Of a stretch of DNA of 64,000 bases, positions 50,419 through 62,587 are shown one piece after another; position 1 is the stretch's first letter, and each line of letters begins with the position of its first letter. Under the pieces are notes generated by a model. The model saw only the letters and a program-made list of their open reading frames with translations. It ran no database searches and was not told where the DNA came from. Where the stretch lies: NCBI RefSeq assembly GCF_018350175.1, contig NC_058368.1, positions 81,904,001 to 81,968,000 on the forward strand, in the 5' to 3' direction. The position numbers and the translations under genes were made by a program. This DNA is from Felis catus. Its lineage: Eukaryota.

Positions 50419-52909
50419 CAGGGATCTGCCCTTGGCAGCCCCAAAGCACAAGAAATTCCCCTCCCAGAAAGCGGGTCCCAGCCTGGCCGGGAAGAAGGGG
50501 GCCAGTGGCTGAGCACATGGTGGCTGCAGCACAAGGAGCGCAGAGCAGTGTTCCAGTCGATGTACAGTTCCTTCTACGTTTCATGTCCAATCGTAATTTC
50601 ATTTTTTTAACCTGAGCTGTTTTTTGTTGTAGTCTTATCAATGCCTGCTTGTGATGCTGGTCTCCCATCACAACCGTGACAGTGTGGAAGGGACACCGGG
50701 GAGGCATTGGGGCCACCCTGCCTTGCGTGGCCAGTGCACTGGCCCCGCCTGTGCCTGTGTATTTGCATATCGCGAACACACCGCTGAGGGCATTGGGGTC
50801 GCCGTGTGGCCAGCACAGTGGGCTCTGCATCAGGAATGCGGTATGTTTGGGCCACAGGACAGAATACTCCGGGTTCAGAAGCTCAAACCAGTGGCATCCG
50901 AGGGCTGATGTGGAATGGTGCAGGGAACCTACCCATCGTGGTTGACAGGATGACCCCACCGGGATCAAAGCCCCGTTTCAGGGAGAAGGGGAGACCCTGA
51001 GTCGGGCCCTGGTGCTCTCGGGAACAAGGCAGTGTGACGTCCATGTTTTCCAGGCACTGGGGGGGTTTACAGAAACACCCCCATTGAACCCTCCCAGCAG
51101 GGGACGCTGTTTTGGTGCCCATGTTGGGAGGGAGGGAAGGGAGATGATTCGTGGGGCCTTGAGGGGGCCTGGAGCCCTCTCCTGCCTCCAGCCCCTGCGC
51201 AGCGCCCTGCCCCTCCTGGCAAATGGCATGGATCTGCCAGTGGCTGGTGGCGTGCACAGTGCAGACAAGTGTCGCTGGGCCCTCCGTTCTCCTCCACGTC
51301 AGAAAGAGCCCAGGCGGTAGTCTGAGCTCAGGGCTTTGGAGGATCACAGGTGGACCTCGTGGAGAGGCTGGTGTCGGAACGTTGAAGGAGGGTGTGTGGG
51401 TGGTCGGGTGGGGGAGTCTCAGCAGAGCACGTGGCGTGGATAGACCTCCAGCATTCCCGAGACACCGTTTCCTCCCGTCCCGGCTGTGGGCCTGGCTCCC
51501 CCGGGACAGAATTGGGACCGCCTCCCACTGACTAAGGGCTAGGCCAACACAGGCCAACACCTGCTTGGGGCCACGCAGAGAGAGCGCGTGCCCAAGACGG
51601 TACAGAGCTCTGGGCCCCCTGCAGCCGGCCCTGGACACAGCTTGGGACTCAGCCCGGGACCAGGGCTTCTGTCCCCACAGCTGCCTCACTGGGCTGCCCA
51701 GCCTACACCAGGCACGCTGGCTGCAGTGTGTGGGGAGCCCAGGCCCCTGGCACTGAGGCTCAAGTGACAAACCTTCCCGGCAAGAGAACTAAACCAGCTC
51801 AGAAACAGTGCCATTGGGGGCGCCCCATGCGGCTCAGAAACACCGTCACGGGTCTCTCGCCGTGCGGGCACACGGGGCTCTCGTCTGCATGGCACAAAGG
51901 CTGCTCTGAACGAAAGCTGGCGTCTGTGCAGATTGCTATAAACGGGCGGGTGTGGGTGAGGACACAGAGCCAGCAGCACCCCTGCGCATGCATTCTGTGC
52001 GTCACCATGACCCCCTTTGGGTGTAAGAGGGACGCGTGGGCATCATGGCCCAGCCAGCAGAGCACTTCCAGACGGCACCGTCTGCGTGTGCTCCGTGTAA
52101 TTCTGATTTCCTCCAAGACCCGAAAGTGGCCTCCTTGCCTCTGTTCACGGACTTGCGATTCAGCATCAAGTCAGCACCCTCTTCCCTCCGTGTAGATTGG
52201 CTGGCGGCCACAGCTGCACAAGCGGCTTGGGCGTGAAGTTCCCCGGCGGAAGCGGGCCTCCCCATTGGATGCTGTGACTCAGGTTCCTGCGCTGAGCTCA
52301 GAGGGCAGGATGGGGCTGTCGTTGCACAGTGTCTCGGTGTCATCTTTATCACAGATGCTGCTGCTGCAAGGAGCCATTTCTTGTCTCCTGCTCCCAGCAG
52401 ATGCTTGTGAGCCTGTGGACGCCTCGAGGGTCTTGTCCCAGAAGCACAGCAATGCCATGCAGAAGGACTTTATAACGTAGACACACACGGTGGCCTCAGA
52501 TGCCAGGACTAACCTGACGTACGGGTCACAGCACTTGTTTTGGAGGGCTTAGCCAGCTGGTCAACCAGGAAAGGAGAACCATTGGCTCTTATGCTGGAAG
52601 AGAAGTCTTCGGAAAGGGGGAGAGGTGTCTGCCAGGGTCTCTGCCCTGTGCGGTGGCCTGGGCTGGGCTGGGAATGAGCGGCACACAGGAAGTACCTGCC
52701 CGTCTCCAGACAAGAGCAGGTTCTAGAAGCTGCCTGGACAGGGCTCCTGTGCTGTGCGGATGCTGACTTGGCCCGCAGCTTACCGTGCGGCACAGAAACG
52801 GCACAGGAATTCTGGGAGGAGCCATCTGATTGTAAGGTTCGCCCAGAGAGTTCACAAAAGCCTGTGGCCTGTGCACACTAATTGTAGATCTCTCTCCTCC
52901 TCATTTCAG

Positions 52910-53000
52910 CTTGCAAGATGCTGGCATTGGGTTCATCCTGGTCATAGACAGAAGGCAGGACAAATGGACGTCGGTGAAGGCGTCGGTCCTGCGAATAGCC
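52910..53000 (+). CDS. MCF2L: MCF2L coding exon (91 nt, phase 2-0): (S)LQDAGIGFILVIDRRQDKWTSVKASVLRIA
   Basis: Acceptor tctctcctcctcatttcag| with a ctaat branch-point-like motif upstream; donor GCC|gtaagt at 53001. Contains the Sec14/CRAL-TRIO-type GF..VIDRR motif. Confidence 0.96.
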
Positions 53001-53241
53001 GTAAGTGTCGGTGCCCGGGTTGTGACGCCCTCCTCTGCTCGTCCCCTGGGCCGGGTGACCGCCGGGTGACAGCACTGTCTCTCTTTCCTACCTGTCCATC
53101 TGCCTGGTGGTGGTTTGTGTGCTGCTGGCCCGTGCCGTGTGGTGCTCCAGCTGGGCTGCCTGCGGCAGGGCCAGGGGCACTAGGGACCCATGACCCCTTG
53201 GTCTGTTTGACTTGTTGGAGCAGGTGCACATGTGTGTGCAT

Positions 53242-53242
<1 letters not shown>

Positions 53243-53277
<35 letters not shown>

Positions 53278-53284
53278 TGTGTGT
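53243..53284. repeat. (GT)n microsatellite
   Basis: gtgtgt...gcgcgtgtgtgt. Confidence 0.9.
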
Positions 53285-53395
53285 TCTCAAATGACTTCAC
53301 TCTTAGGGGGCCTGTGATCATTTAAAAACAGTTCCACCAGTCTGTTTCTGACTGTGGACTATGTGGGATGCTGAAGATTTAATGTGTCTTCATTC

Positions 53396-53618
53396 TTTTT
53401 TTTTTTTTTTTTTTTTTTTTGGCAGAGAGAGAGATTGAGAGCACTAGAAGGGGAGGGGCAGAGAGAGGGGGAGGGAGGCGGAGGGAGAGAGAATCCCAAG
53501 CAGGCTCCACACTCAGCCTGGAGCCTGACTCAGGACTCAATCCCATGACCCTGGGATCATGACCTGAGCTGAAATCAAGAGCTAGACGCTCAACCCACTG
53601 AGCCCCCTCAGGCACCCC
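53396..53618 (-). mobile_element. CAN-SINE (left of stacked pair) with T25 tail
   Basis: Poly-T, GA-rich region, gatcatgacctgagctgaaatcaag, ends ggcacccc. Confidence 0.93.
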
Positions 53619-53636
53619 TAATGTGTTTTCATTCTT

Positions 53637-53653
53637 TTTAATACTTATTTGTT

Positions 53654-53690
<37 letters not shown>

Positions 53691-53850
53691 AGGGGAGAGA
53701 CAGAGAGAGAGGGAGACACAGGATCCAAAGCAGGCTCCAGGCTCTGAGCTGTCAGCACAGAGCCCAACGCGGGACTCAGACCCACAGACCACGAGATCAT
53801 GACCTGAGCCAAAGTTGGATGCTTAACCAACTGAGCCCCCCAGGTGCCCC
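53637..53850 (-). mobile_element. CAN-SINE (right of stacked pair)
   Basis: tttatttgtttttgag(ag)n...gcaggctccaggctctgagctgtcagcacagagccc...caggtgcccc. Confidence 0.94.
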
Positions 53851-54866
53851 AATGCGTCTTCACTCTTACATGCAGCACAAGCCCCTGAGCTATGGGAGGT
53901 CCAGGATAGAAGGGAATCTTCAGGCTACAGGTTTGAAATTGTATTGAACGCCCTTTTCGAATTGACTTTCTACTTTTCAAAAGGGCCACACTCACCCCTT
54001 AGTTTTCCTGCTAAATGAGATGCCTGGGCCTTCCTGGAGCCCACCCTGCATCTGGCCACTGCCATCTTACAGCGGAAGGACGGCAGCTCCGTGGTCGTGG
54101 CTGTGGCTATTTCCACTCCAGGCCACTGCAGTTTGTGGCCTGCAGTAATACAAGAGGGAAGGGGCCTACCCACGAGCTCCGAGTGGAGCGCTTGGCCTGC
54201 CCTCACGCCCGGCAGCCCAGGGACTTATGGCAGCAGGGAGACCAGAGCACCCGCGGCCGGGTCGCTGGCTGGGACGACTCTTAAGAGCCCACCCCCCAAT
54301 GGAATGAAATTCTCCTAAACTCTCGCTCTGGGTCTTGTGTTCAAACCATCTTTGCCTCCGGGCCTCCGAGAGGCCACTGTGCCGTGGCTCTGGGTGGGGT
54401 GAAGAACCAGTCCCTCCCCCCAAGATGGCTCATCGTCCATGGAAACAGCACCTAAGGCTTGCACCTGCTTGATTGCTACACTTGCCATCATTCTGCAAAC
54501 CTGTCCCTGGGCTGCGGGGGGCACCCCTTGTCTTTCTGAGAAAGTATTTCCCTACACCGCTTGGTACACCTCCTGTTCCCTGTCCCTTGTTATAGAATCA
54601 GCTTTCCTTTAAGATCCCGTGAGGCCTACGAGTCCTTTTGATATGCCGTCAGCAGTAAATACCCAGCATGTCCATTTCATTATTTTAAATTTAAAAATAC
54701 ATTTGCATGTGATGTCACATGGCAGGCTAAATTAAGAATTAAATTGTAAGAACCAGTGGGACAGATGCACAGTAGACTTAAGACAAATTTCTTAAGGCAG
54801 TAAGTCCGTCCTGGGTCGAATGTCAAGACGTAACTAGTCAAGTATGTCATTGTTTATAAGACTGTT

Positions 54867-55098
54867 GGGGCGCCTTGGGGGGCTCAGTCGGTTGAGCATC
54901 TGACTTCAGCTCAGGTCATGCTCTCGAGGTTCATGAGTTTAAACCCCAAGCTGGGCTCTGTGCTGACAGCTTAGAGCCTGGAGCCTGCTTCAGATTCTGT
55001 GTCTCTCTCTCTCTCTCTCTCTCCCCCTCCCTTTCTGCCCCTCCCCTGCTCATGTGCTCTCTCTCTCTCTTTCAAAAATAAATAAACGTTTAAAAAAA
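54867..55098 (+). mobile_element. CAN-SINE
   Basis: ggggcgccttggggggctcagtcggttgagc head, (CT)n, aataaataaa; TSD taagactgtt/taacactgtt. Confidence 0.94.
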
Positions 55099-55779
55099 GA
55101 AGGTAACACTGTTGCAATAACATTTTTCCAAAATCTAAATAATCTCTCCAGTTCTTTTACATTTGTCTACCATGGATCTGACTCCCGCTCAGGCACGTCG
55201 CCATGTGGCAAGTGCACAAGTCAGCCTCTTTGCCGTGATGGTCATGGGCGTCTCCCCTGTGCTGGAAACTGCCCTTCTGCCCCTCTGCACATACGCTGCT
55301 CCCTGGAAGGCCTCGCCCCTGCACGGCAGGCAGCCTCTGCTCATCTTTCTCCTCCCTGCGTCCCCGCCTCCCTGCGTCCCCACAGTGTCGTTGTCCACAC
55401 GGTCTCCTGCTCTGGAAGACACCACTACTCATCACAGCACATCACAGGTTCCTCAAAGTGCAGCCCATCTGCGTGTGGCAGGCACCTGGCCAGGCCCGGG
55501 CGAGACAGGTTGGCCGTAAATGTCTCTCACAGCCATCAGTCACTCCTGGCTAGAAACAGGAGAGTCCCCAGACACAGGATAGTTTTGAAGAAATAGATAA
55601 ATTATTTTTAAGAACTGAAGTACCTGCGAATGTGCCCTGCGGGCCATCCGTGTGGTCCGGGAGGACCTACCTGTGTTGGGGGGAGGTGGGGACAGAGCTC
55701 TCCACCTGCCAAGGGCAATCGCGGTTTCCTTTGTCATTGGCTTTGTGACCAGGTGGACTTCTAAAACATGCTGACTCAT

Positions 55780-56000
55780 CTTTAAAACTTTGTTTTGTGA
55801 AATCATAACCGAAAAGTTGCTGTTTGAGTTTTAATGTTTGCACAGATTCGTACGTAATAAAAATACAGGTTTTTGAAGTATCTTTCTTCCTAGAAGTCTT
55901 GGGGTTCCCCAGTGGTGGTTTAGAAATTGTCGAAGTTAACATTTTCCCAGCAGAATCACCAAGAACTCTCGGTAGCTTCAATTCTTTCTGATGTAAGAAT
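55780..56000 (-). mobile_element. Possible ancient L1M fragment
   Basis: AT-rich tttaaaactttgttttgtgaaatcataac...gaaaagttgc pattern typical of reversed L1M 3' ends. Confidence 0.35.
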
Positions 56001-56731
56001 GCATTGATCATATAGGGCCAACCATGCTGTGCGTGTACTCAGCACGTGTCCTGGGACTCTACCGCGCTCCCGCCGCTGTATGAGGCTTTGGGTGTTGGGG
56101 GTATCAGCAGGGAATGAGCTGGAAGTATCAGCCAAGTGGGGTGCTGACAGTTGACAGAATGCCGTGATACGGGATATGACCAGAGGTGGCCAACACCCAG
56201 GGGGAGCCCGAGGCGGTGCCGACCCATCCCGCAGGGAGCTCAGGAGGCTGTGAGGCAGGCCCCATTGCCTTTCTTGTGCGTGTGCCATTTCCGAGCCAGG
56301 GTGTGGGGTGTGACCACCGTGGTGCTGCCGTGGGGACAGGAGGCAGGAGACAGAGCAGGCACACCAGTGCCAACGCCCGGTGCTGTGAACCTGCACCACC
56401 GGCTGCGGCTGGCCTGTGCTCCACCGGGGGCTTTGGGGAAGCCAGGCCAGCACCCTGGAGAGGGTGTGTTCCCCTGCCCTGCACTGTGGACGGTCCCCAG
56501 GGCACCTGGGCCACCAGCTGCCGCAGGTGCGATGAAAGCAAGCTGGTGGCACCGAGGCTCCATCTCCAAATGTGTCTGGCCACCCGAGTGAGACACGGCA
56601 CTTACATAACATGCTGTAATGCGGCTGTTCCCACCACCATGTGGGCAGCTCGTGAGCAGAGCCCCCCTGTTGTGAGGTATTCTTTCTCCTTGTTGGATGC
56701 CTTCAGCTTGGCTTGAAATAGAACACAGGGA

Positions 56732-56951
56732 GGGGCGCCTGGGTGGCGCAGTCGGTTAAGCGTCCGACTTCAGCCAGGTCACGATCTCGCGGTCCGTGAG
56801 TTCGAGCCCCGCATCGGGCTCTGGGCTGATGGCTCAGAGCCTGGAGCCTGTTTCCGATTCTATGTCTCCCTCTCTCTCTGCCCCTCGCCCGTTCATGCTC
56901 TGTCTCTCTCTGTCCCAAAAATAAATAAACGTTGAAAAAAAAAAAAAAAAA
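56732..56951 (+). mobile_element. Young felid CAN-SINE (SINEC_Fc-type)
   Basis: Most CpGs retained, pure A tail, perfect 17-bp TSD gaaatagaacacaggga (56715-56731, 56952-56968). Confidence 0.97.
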
Positions 56952-57044
56952 GAAATAGAACACAGGGAGGCAAAACCCAGAGTCCCCAAAATCAGATGTT
57001 CTGTGTCTGCGTCAGCTCTGAGGTGTTGGGGGCAATGGGCGCTT

Positions 57045-57180
57045 GCCTGTCACGTCGTGGTCACAGCCGATGGCCTGTCATGTTGTGGTCATAGCCAGTG
57101 GCCTGTCATGTGGTCACAGCCAGTGGCCTGTCACAGTCGTGGTCACAGCCAGTGGGCTGTCACAGTCGTGGTCACAGCTG
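57045..57180. repeat. ~28-bp tandem repeat, ~5 copies
   Basis: gcctgtcac(a)gtcgtggtcacagccagtg unit. Confidence 0.88.
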
Positions 57181-57689
57181 GTGGACAAAGGTGGAAACAA
57201 GGAGACATAGAATGAGTATACATTGGTTCAAAGTTTGCACCATCCTCGGATGAACAAACCTTTTGAGAACTACCTGAGCTAGGATTCCGTTTCACACATT
57301 AGCCCACCTGTCCTAGACCACGTGTGTGTGAGAGTGTGTGTAAGCATTTGGGTATTTATAACAGTGTACGGGTTTACGTTTTGAGCTAGCCCAGTTCAAG
57401 CTCCGTCTATACCGTAGAGCATGCTGCTGAAGAAGGTTCCGGCTCTAGGCATTCTTAGTCTGCGCGGGGCAGGAATGTGGTTCTTGCCGGGAGGCCCTTG
57501 TCATCCGTGCATGCAGACAGGGTGCAAGGCGACATATCCGGCGATGCAGGGTCTTTAGGGCATCCAGTAAATATGCCACACATGGCAAAATAATACTGCA
57601 TTAAACAAGGTAGTGAGTTCCTGCCTTGTGCCACTTCCTGGAGTCTAAGCACAAGGTGCTGAGCACTGATGGTGAAGACAAAGCAGTGT

Positions 57690-57790
57690 GAGCCCCAGGA
57701 GGGCTTCCCGGTGGAGGTGACACTGGACAAGAGTCAGAAGGGGAGGAGGAGCTGTTCAGCAGGGAGAGGACGATGAGCATGCCCCTTGGA
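57690..57790 (-). mobile_element. L2 fragment
   Basis: ggagggcttcccggtggaggtgacactggac. Confidence 0.4.
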
Positions 57791-58860
57791 GTGTAAGCAG
57801 AGGTGGGAGGTCAGGGGGTGCAGGGGTGAAGGGCAGGTTAGCAGGCGGGGGCATGTCCAGGTTGCAACCTCACCCAGGGGTCAGGAACAGAGTGGGCCGT
57901 TGGGAGGTGCAGTACTGACCACGGCATGGCCAGCTGTCTCTGAACCAGCCTTCGTGTGTCCCACATACTTCCGCAGCCGAGAGGAGCTCACAGGGCACGG
58001 AGCCCGCGGAGGCCGGAGGGAACAGGGCTGGGCCCGTTCTCGCCGCACCGCAGGGGGAGAAAGCAGGTAGCCCAGGGCAGGGCAGCTGGGGGTCATCAGC
58101 CTGGCACACCAGTGGGTGGGTCCTGGGGGTGGGGACAAGTCCATGCAGAGTGTTCCGGAAGGGCGTGTGGACAAGTGTCCTTCCTTCAAATTTGGCCCTT
58201 CCTACATATTTTTCATTGAAACGTCTGTTCTTGCATGATGTTCGCAAGTGTCCCCAACACCTACCGAAGGGGTGGCCTTCGCTGCCCCTGTCTGGAGCCC
58301 CTGCATCCAGACCTCATAGGAACAGCCTGGCAGCGAGAGGCCTGTGCTCGCTGCCAGCCTCCCCAAGTTGTGCCCTGGGGTTATCAGTACACACACCTGT
58401 GCTCGGTTTCTGCCATTGCCAGGCAGACGGAGTCGGTCAGGCTGAGCTGCTCCATTTTATGGATTAACTGTGTAACGCGGGCCGGACAACTGTGCTCTGA
58501 GCACACCTTCAGAGAGTTCCTTGAACTGGAGACAGGTTTCAAACAGTGTTCCCCAGAGCACCAGGATTCTGGACATTCCAGTGTATGGGTCGGCGTCAGC
58601 TGTGCATGTAGATGCACACGCGTCTCTAGGAATGTTGATCCAGAAACCACTTAACTCTCTGTCTCCAGATGACATTTGTGTGGCCATCACACTGTGCATG
58701 TCCCTTAGTCAGCCAAGGTCAGCCCCAGAAAATAAACAATTTTGTTTCAGTGTCTTAGAAACCTACTACAACCCTTTTATGGTCACTGGATTACTAAGTT
58801 ACAAAAAGATGTTATTTTGTAGCCCTCATCCCCAATCCTCTATCTAGTTACTTCTGTTTT

Positions 58861-59069
58861 GCTTTATGTATATTTTTGAGAGAGAGACAGAGCACAAGCG
58901 GGGGAGGGGCAGAGAGGGGCAGAGAGAGAGGGAGACACAGAATCTGAAGCAGGCTCCAGGCTCAGAGCTGTCCGCACAGAGCCTGACACGGGGCTCGAAC
59001 TCACGAATCACGTGATTGTGACCTGAGCCGAAGCCGGACGCTCAACCGACTGAGCCACCCAGGTGCCCC
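58861..59069 (-). mobile_element. CAN-SINE
   Basis: Ends ctgagccacccaggtgcccc; TSD gttacttctgtttt/gttacctctgtttt. Confidence 0.94.
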
Positions 59070-61620
59070 CTGTTACCTCTGTTTTTAAAATATGACTTTA
59101 ATGTTGGTATTTCCCCAGCTCTCAGTTCAGAGAGTTGGTTCCAACCCAGAGAAGGTTTAATTACTGCTTTTTGTGGTCGAAGTATGTGTTTGTGTAGGTC
59201 GTTTAACGCCTTCTCACGTGACCGCTTCCGTGTTGAAGAATCGGGGACCAAAGCAGAGAGGAGGCAGGGGAGGGAGTGTTTTCCGCCTTCAGCAGCGGGA
59301 TCTATGTGCCTGGAGGAGAAATGAGGGTGATGAAAACCATCTTGAAATTTAGAAAAAATGGCTCACTGTCATCTCTGCAGGGAGACTTTTAAGGAGCTTT
59401 TTCCTTAAATAGTGGCAGCCAGTTTCCCAGAGGCCAGTGACAGGTTCGAGCAGCCCTCTCGTCACAGGTGACCCAGAACCTGCCCATGGGCTCCCACCTT
59501 CGGTGTCGTTCCTCTGAGTCATTTCTGTTCTGCTCAGAGGAGCCAACCCGCATGAGTGCCACCCAGACACTGGGGACCTGGCGCCCTGCTTGGGGGCTGC
59601 CTCCACCACTCCCCTCTGGGCCGCGCCGTGGGTGCCTGGCACAGAGCGGGACAGCAGACGGGCGCGGGCCACACGAGGCTTCCCCCCCCCCAACCCCCTG
59701 AACGAGGCTGAATGTGGAGGCTGTGGGTGGTGCCAGACATGGCTCTCTCAGCACCTCCCTGCCCACACACCACACTGCTTAGCAGGCACCTGTCCCCGGG
59801 GGCGGTGCAGAGGCCCACCCAGAGGCCACAGATGGCTGAGCGTGGGCGCCGGAGACAGCGGGGCCCTTGCAGAGGCTCAGGGGCCCCCCGCCAGAGACAC
59901 AACCTGGGGTCCCCAGTGACAGGTGGTTCCCACGTGCCGGCGGCCAAAGGTGGAAGAGGAGCTACGGGGGAAGGTGAGGCGCTCACTGTGGCCCGTGGGC
60001 AGTGTCATGCAGTGGGACCGGCTCACACGGCTTCCAGGCAGTCAGGGGCAGGGCCACCCGAGGACGGTCACTGGTCATCGGTGGCCTTGGGCCGTGGGGA
60101 TTTGTGGGGCACAGAGACCAGAGCAGAAAGTGGAGTTGCAGGGATGTAAGCCGTGTGCTTGAGGGCACAAGCCTGAAGCGAGGCAGGGGGCAGGTGGCTT
60201 GCTTGTGGACTGAGGCCCTTGGGAGCCAGGCGGGTATCCCAGCAGGAAGCACGGACAGGTATACAGGCTAGGCCCTGAAGGGGGCCATGAGCAGGGTGGG
60301 GCTGAGGTCAGGGAGGCCACTGTGGCCGGCTCTGGACTCTGGTTTGTTTGCGGGGTTGGGGAAGTCTCTGGAAGGTTTGCACAGGATGTGTCATGACACA
60401 GTGGACCTCATAGAAGGGTCAAGGTGGCACTTCTGGGGGGAATCGGCTCAGGGCAGCAGTGGGGGGTGAGGAGTAGGGAAGCCAGCGATAGAATCTGGGG
60501 GTGTCCCGGCTGGGGCACAAAAGGAAGGGGTGGCTAGGAGAGCCCTGGGCGTGTGCCAAGCGCTGACCAGTCATGGGTACTGACAGGCGCTGGCCTGGGC
60601 CACCCAATGCCTGCGGGCCCAGACCTTGGTCCAAGCCCTTCTCTTGCTCTCACACAGAGATCAGGTCTGGCATCAGAGGCTCAGGGCTGTCAGTGCAGTT
60701 CCAGCCTCGGGGCCTTGGGGGTGAGGCCAGGGCCCCACATTCAGCTATTCGCACCTGGTGGCACTGAGGCCTGTGGGTGGGGAGTAAAGCTATCCCAGGA
60801 TCCCCGATCCTGTTCTCCCCAGCTTCTCCGGGGATGCTCCAGGCCCTGTGAGACCCTCTGGATCAGACACTCCACAGGGCCGTGGAGTCTGAGGGCTGCG
60901 TGGGGTGGGCCATCCAGGGCGGTGCATGTGAAAGGAGAGGGGCCACCCTCAGACAACCACAGCCCTGGTCCATGCGTCTTCTCAAAGCCACCGGAACCAC
61001 ACAAGGACTGAACGTGGTTTATGTTCCCTAGTGAGGCCCTCAGGTACCTTTTGTTCCTAGAGTTTTGTCAGACCCGGTGTTCCCAGACTCCGGGACGGGC
61101 TTGGTCAGGAGGAGGAGGCCAGGCTCCCTCCCACCGGGACAGCTACACTATGGGCTCCTCGTCTCAGGCTCGATTCCGCTGGCCAGGCTGAGAGCGGTCT
61201 GGGCCTGAGAGCGTGGCCCAGGGTGTGGCCGCAGCCTGAGCATCCATCAGCAGGTGGACAGGTGAACAGGCTGAGACACACAGGAAATATAGAGAGGGGC
61301 ACATACACAGCCAGGACACCCGGGCCAGCCGTCTCTCCTGCCGCGCCCCTTCCTGCCCCTCCGATGTGGGGCCTTGGGCTGTGCTGCTCCTTACCGTACA
61401 TCGTATTTTAGCTGCACTGGGCCTAGTTACCCAGAAATCAAACTCAGTTCCTTCAGAATGCCTTCTTGTAGTAATGGGGGCTCCCTGGGCATCAGCACCT
61501 GGAAGTATCGGCATGTGGAGTAGGCTTTCAGTGATATGTGTCACACCACGTTGTTGAGGCTTTGTGCGAGCACCACATTAGGTGCAGTAGGAGTGTGCAC
61601 TGGGGGAGGCACTGTTTTGT

Positions 61621-61701
61621 CCCTGTTTCACAGACGGGGAAACAGAGGCACAGGGAGGTGAGCAGTGTACCCGAGGTCACACACCGTGTAGGCAGAGCTG
61701 G
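61621..61701 (-). mobile_element. MIR fragment
   Basis: tttcacagacggggaaacagaggcacagggaggtgagcagtgtacccgaggtcacacac. Confidence 0.7.
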
Positions 61702-61804
61702 CAGCCAAAAAGACTCCTGTCTGCGGTGCGTGCGCTAGGGCGCGAGCTCCCATGTATGTTTTGGAACACAGCTTGTGTCTATATGGCTTTGTTTTTCTTT
61801 GACA

Positions 61805-62241
61805 AGCATCTTGGTTCCCTGGGGCTCTCATCACAAGTGCCACAGACTGAGGGGCTGGAAACAACAGAGAGCCACTCCCGTCCTCACAGTCTGGAGCCCG
61901 AGGTCCGAGGTGAAGGGGCCTACAGGTTGGTTCCCTGGGGCCATGCGGGAGACCCTGTCCCTGTCCCCAGCTTCTGGCAGTGTCTGGTGATCTCTGGGGC
62001 CCCTGGGCTTATGGACACATCCCCCGTCTTTGCCTCCATGTTGGCACGGCATCTCCCTGTGTGTCTGTGCCCAAGTGTCTCCTTCCAATAAGGACTAGGC
62101 ATATTGGGTTGGGGCCACACTGACCTCACATAAACTTGCTCACTTCTGTAAAGGCCTTTTCTCCAAATATAGTCACATCCTGAGGCACTGGGGTTTGGGC
62201 TTTAACACGTGACTTTGGCAGGACACCTTTCAGCCTGTAAC
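61805..62241 (-). mobile_element. MaLR solo LTR (MLT1B/C-like)
   Basis: Reverse strand begins gttacaggctgaaaggtgtcc...aaccccagtgcctcaggatgtgactatatttggagaaaaggccttt, resembling the recalled MLT1 5' end; about 430 bp. Confidence 0.8.
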
Positions 62242-62467
62242 TAGTGTAATAAGCTTTTGACTTTATAGCTGATAACGAACGTGACGTAGCTGCAGAGGCG
62301 GTGTGACTTTCTCCTGGTAAGACGTGGGACGTGTCTAACAGCCCAGCGTCAGCAACCACGCGGCCTCAGTGAGTGCCCTTCTGCCTGGACCACACATCCA
62401 CTGCAGCCATGCGAGGACCCCGCATCCAGCAGTGCGTCTGCCCACACGCCTCTCTGTTCTCTTGCAG

Positions 62468-62587
62468 GCGTCCTTCCCGGCAAACCTCCAGCTCGTCCTT
62501 GTCCTGCGCCCAGCGGGGTTTTTCCAAAGGACCCTCTCTGACCTCGCTTTCAAATTCAACAGAGATGACTTTAAGATGAAGGTGCCG
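62468..62587 (+). CDS. MCF2L: MCF2L coding exon (120 nt, phase 0-0): ASFPANLQLVLVLRPAGFFQRTLSDLAFKFNRDDFKMKVP
   Basis: Acceptor ctctctgttctcttgcag|, donor CCG|gtgagt at 62588. Lies within ORF 62369..62629. Confidence 0.96.

Noticed and set aside
54777..54797. Small inverted repeat cttaaga-N6-tcttaag
   Set aside because: A 7-bp stem in an AT-rich patch is compatible with chance; no ncRNA features.
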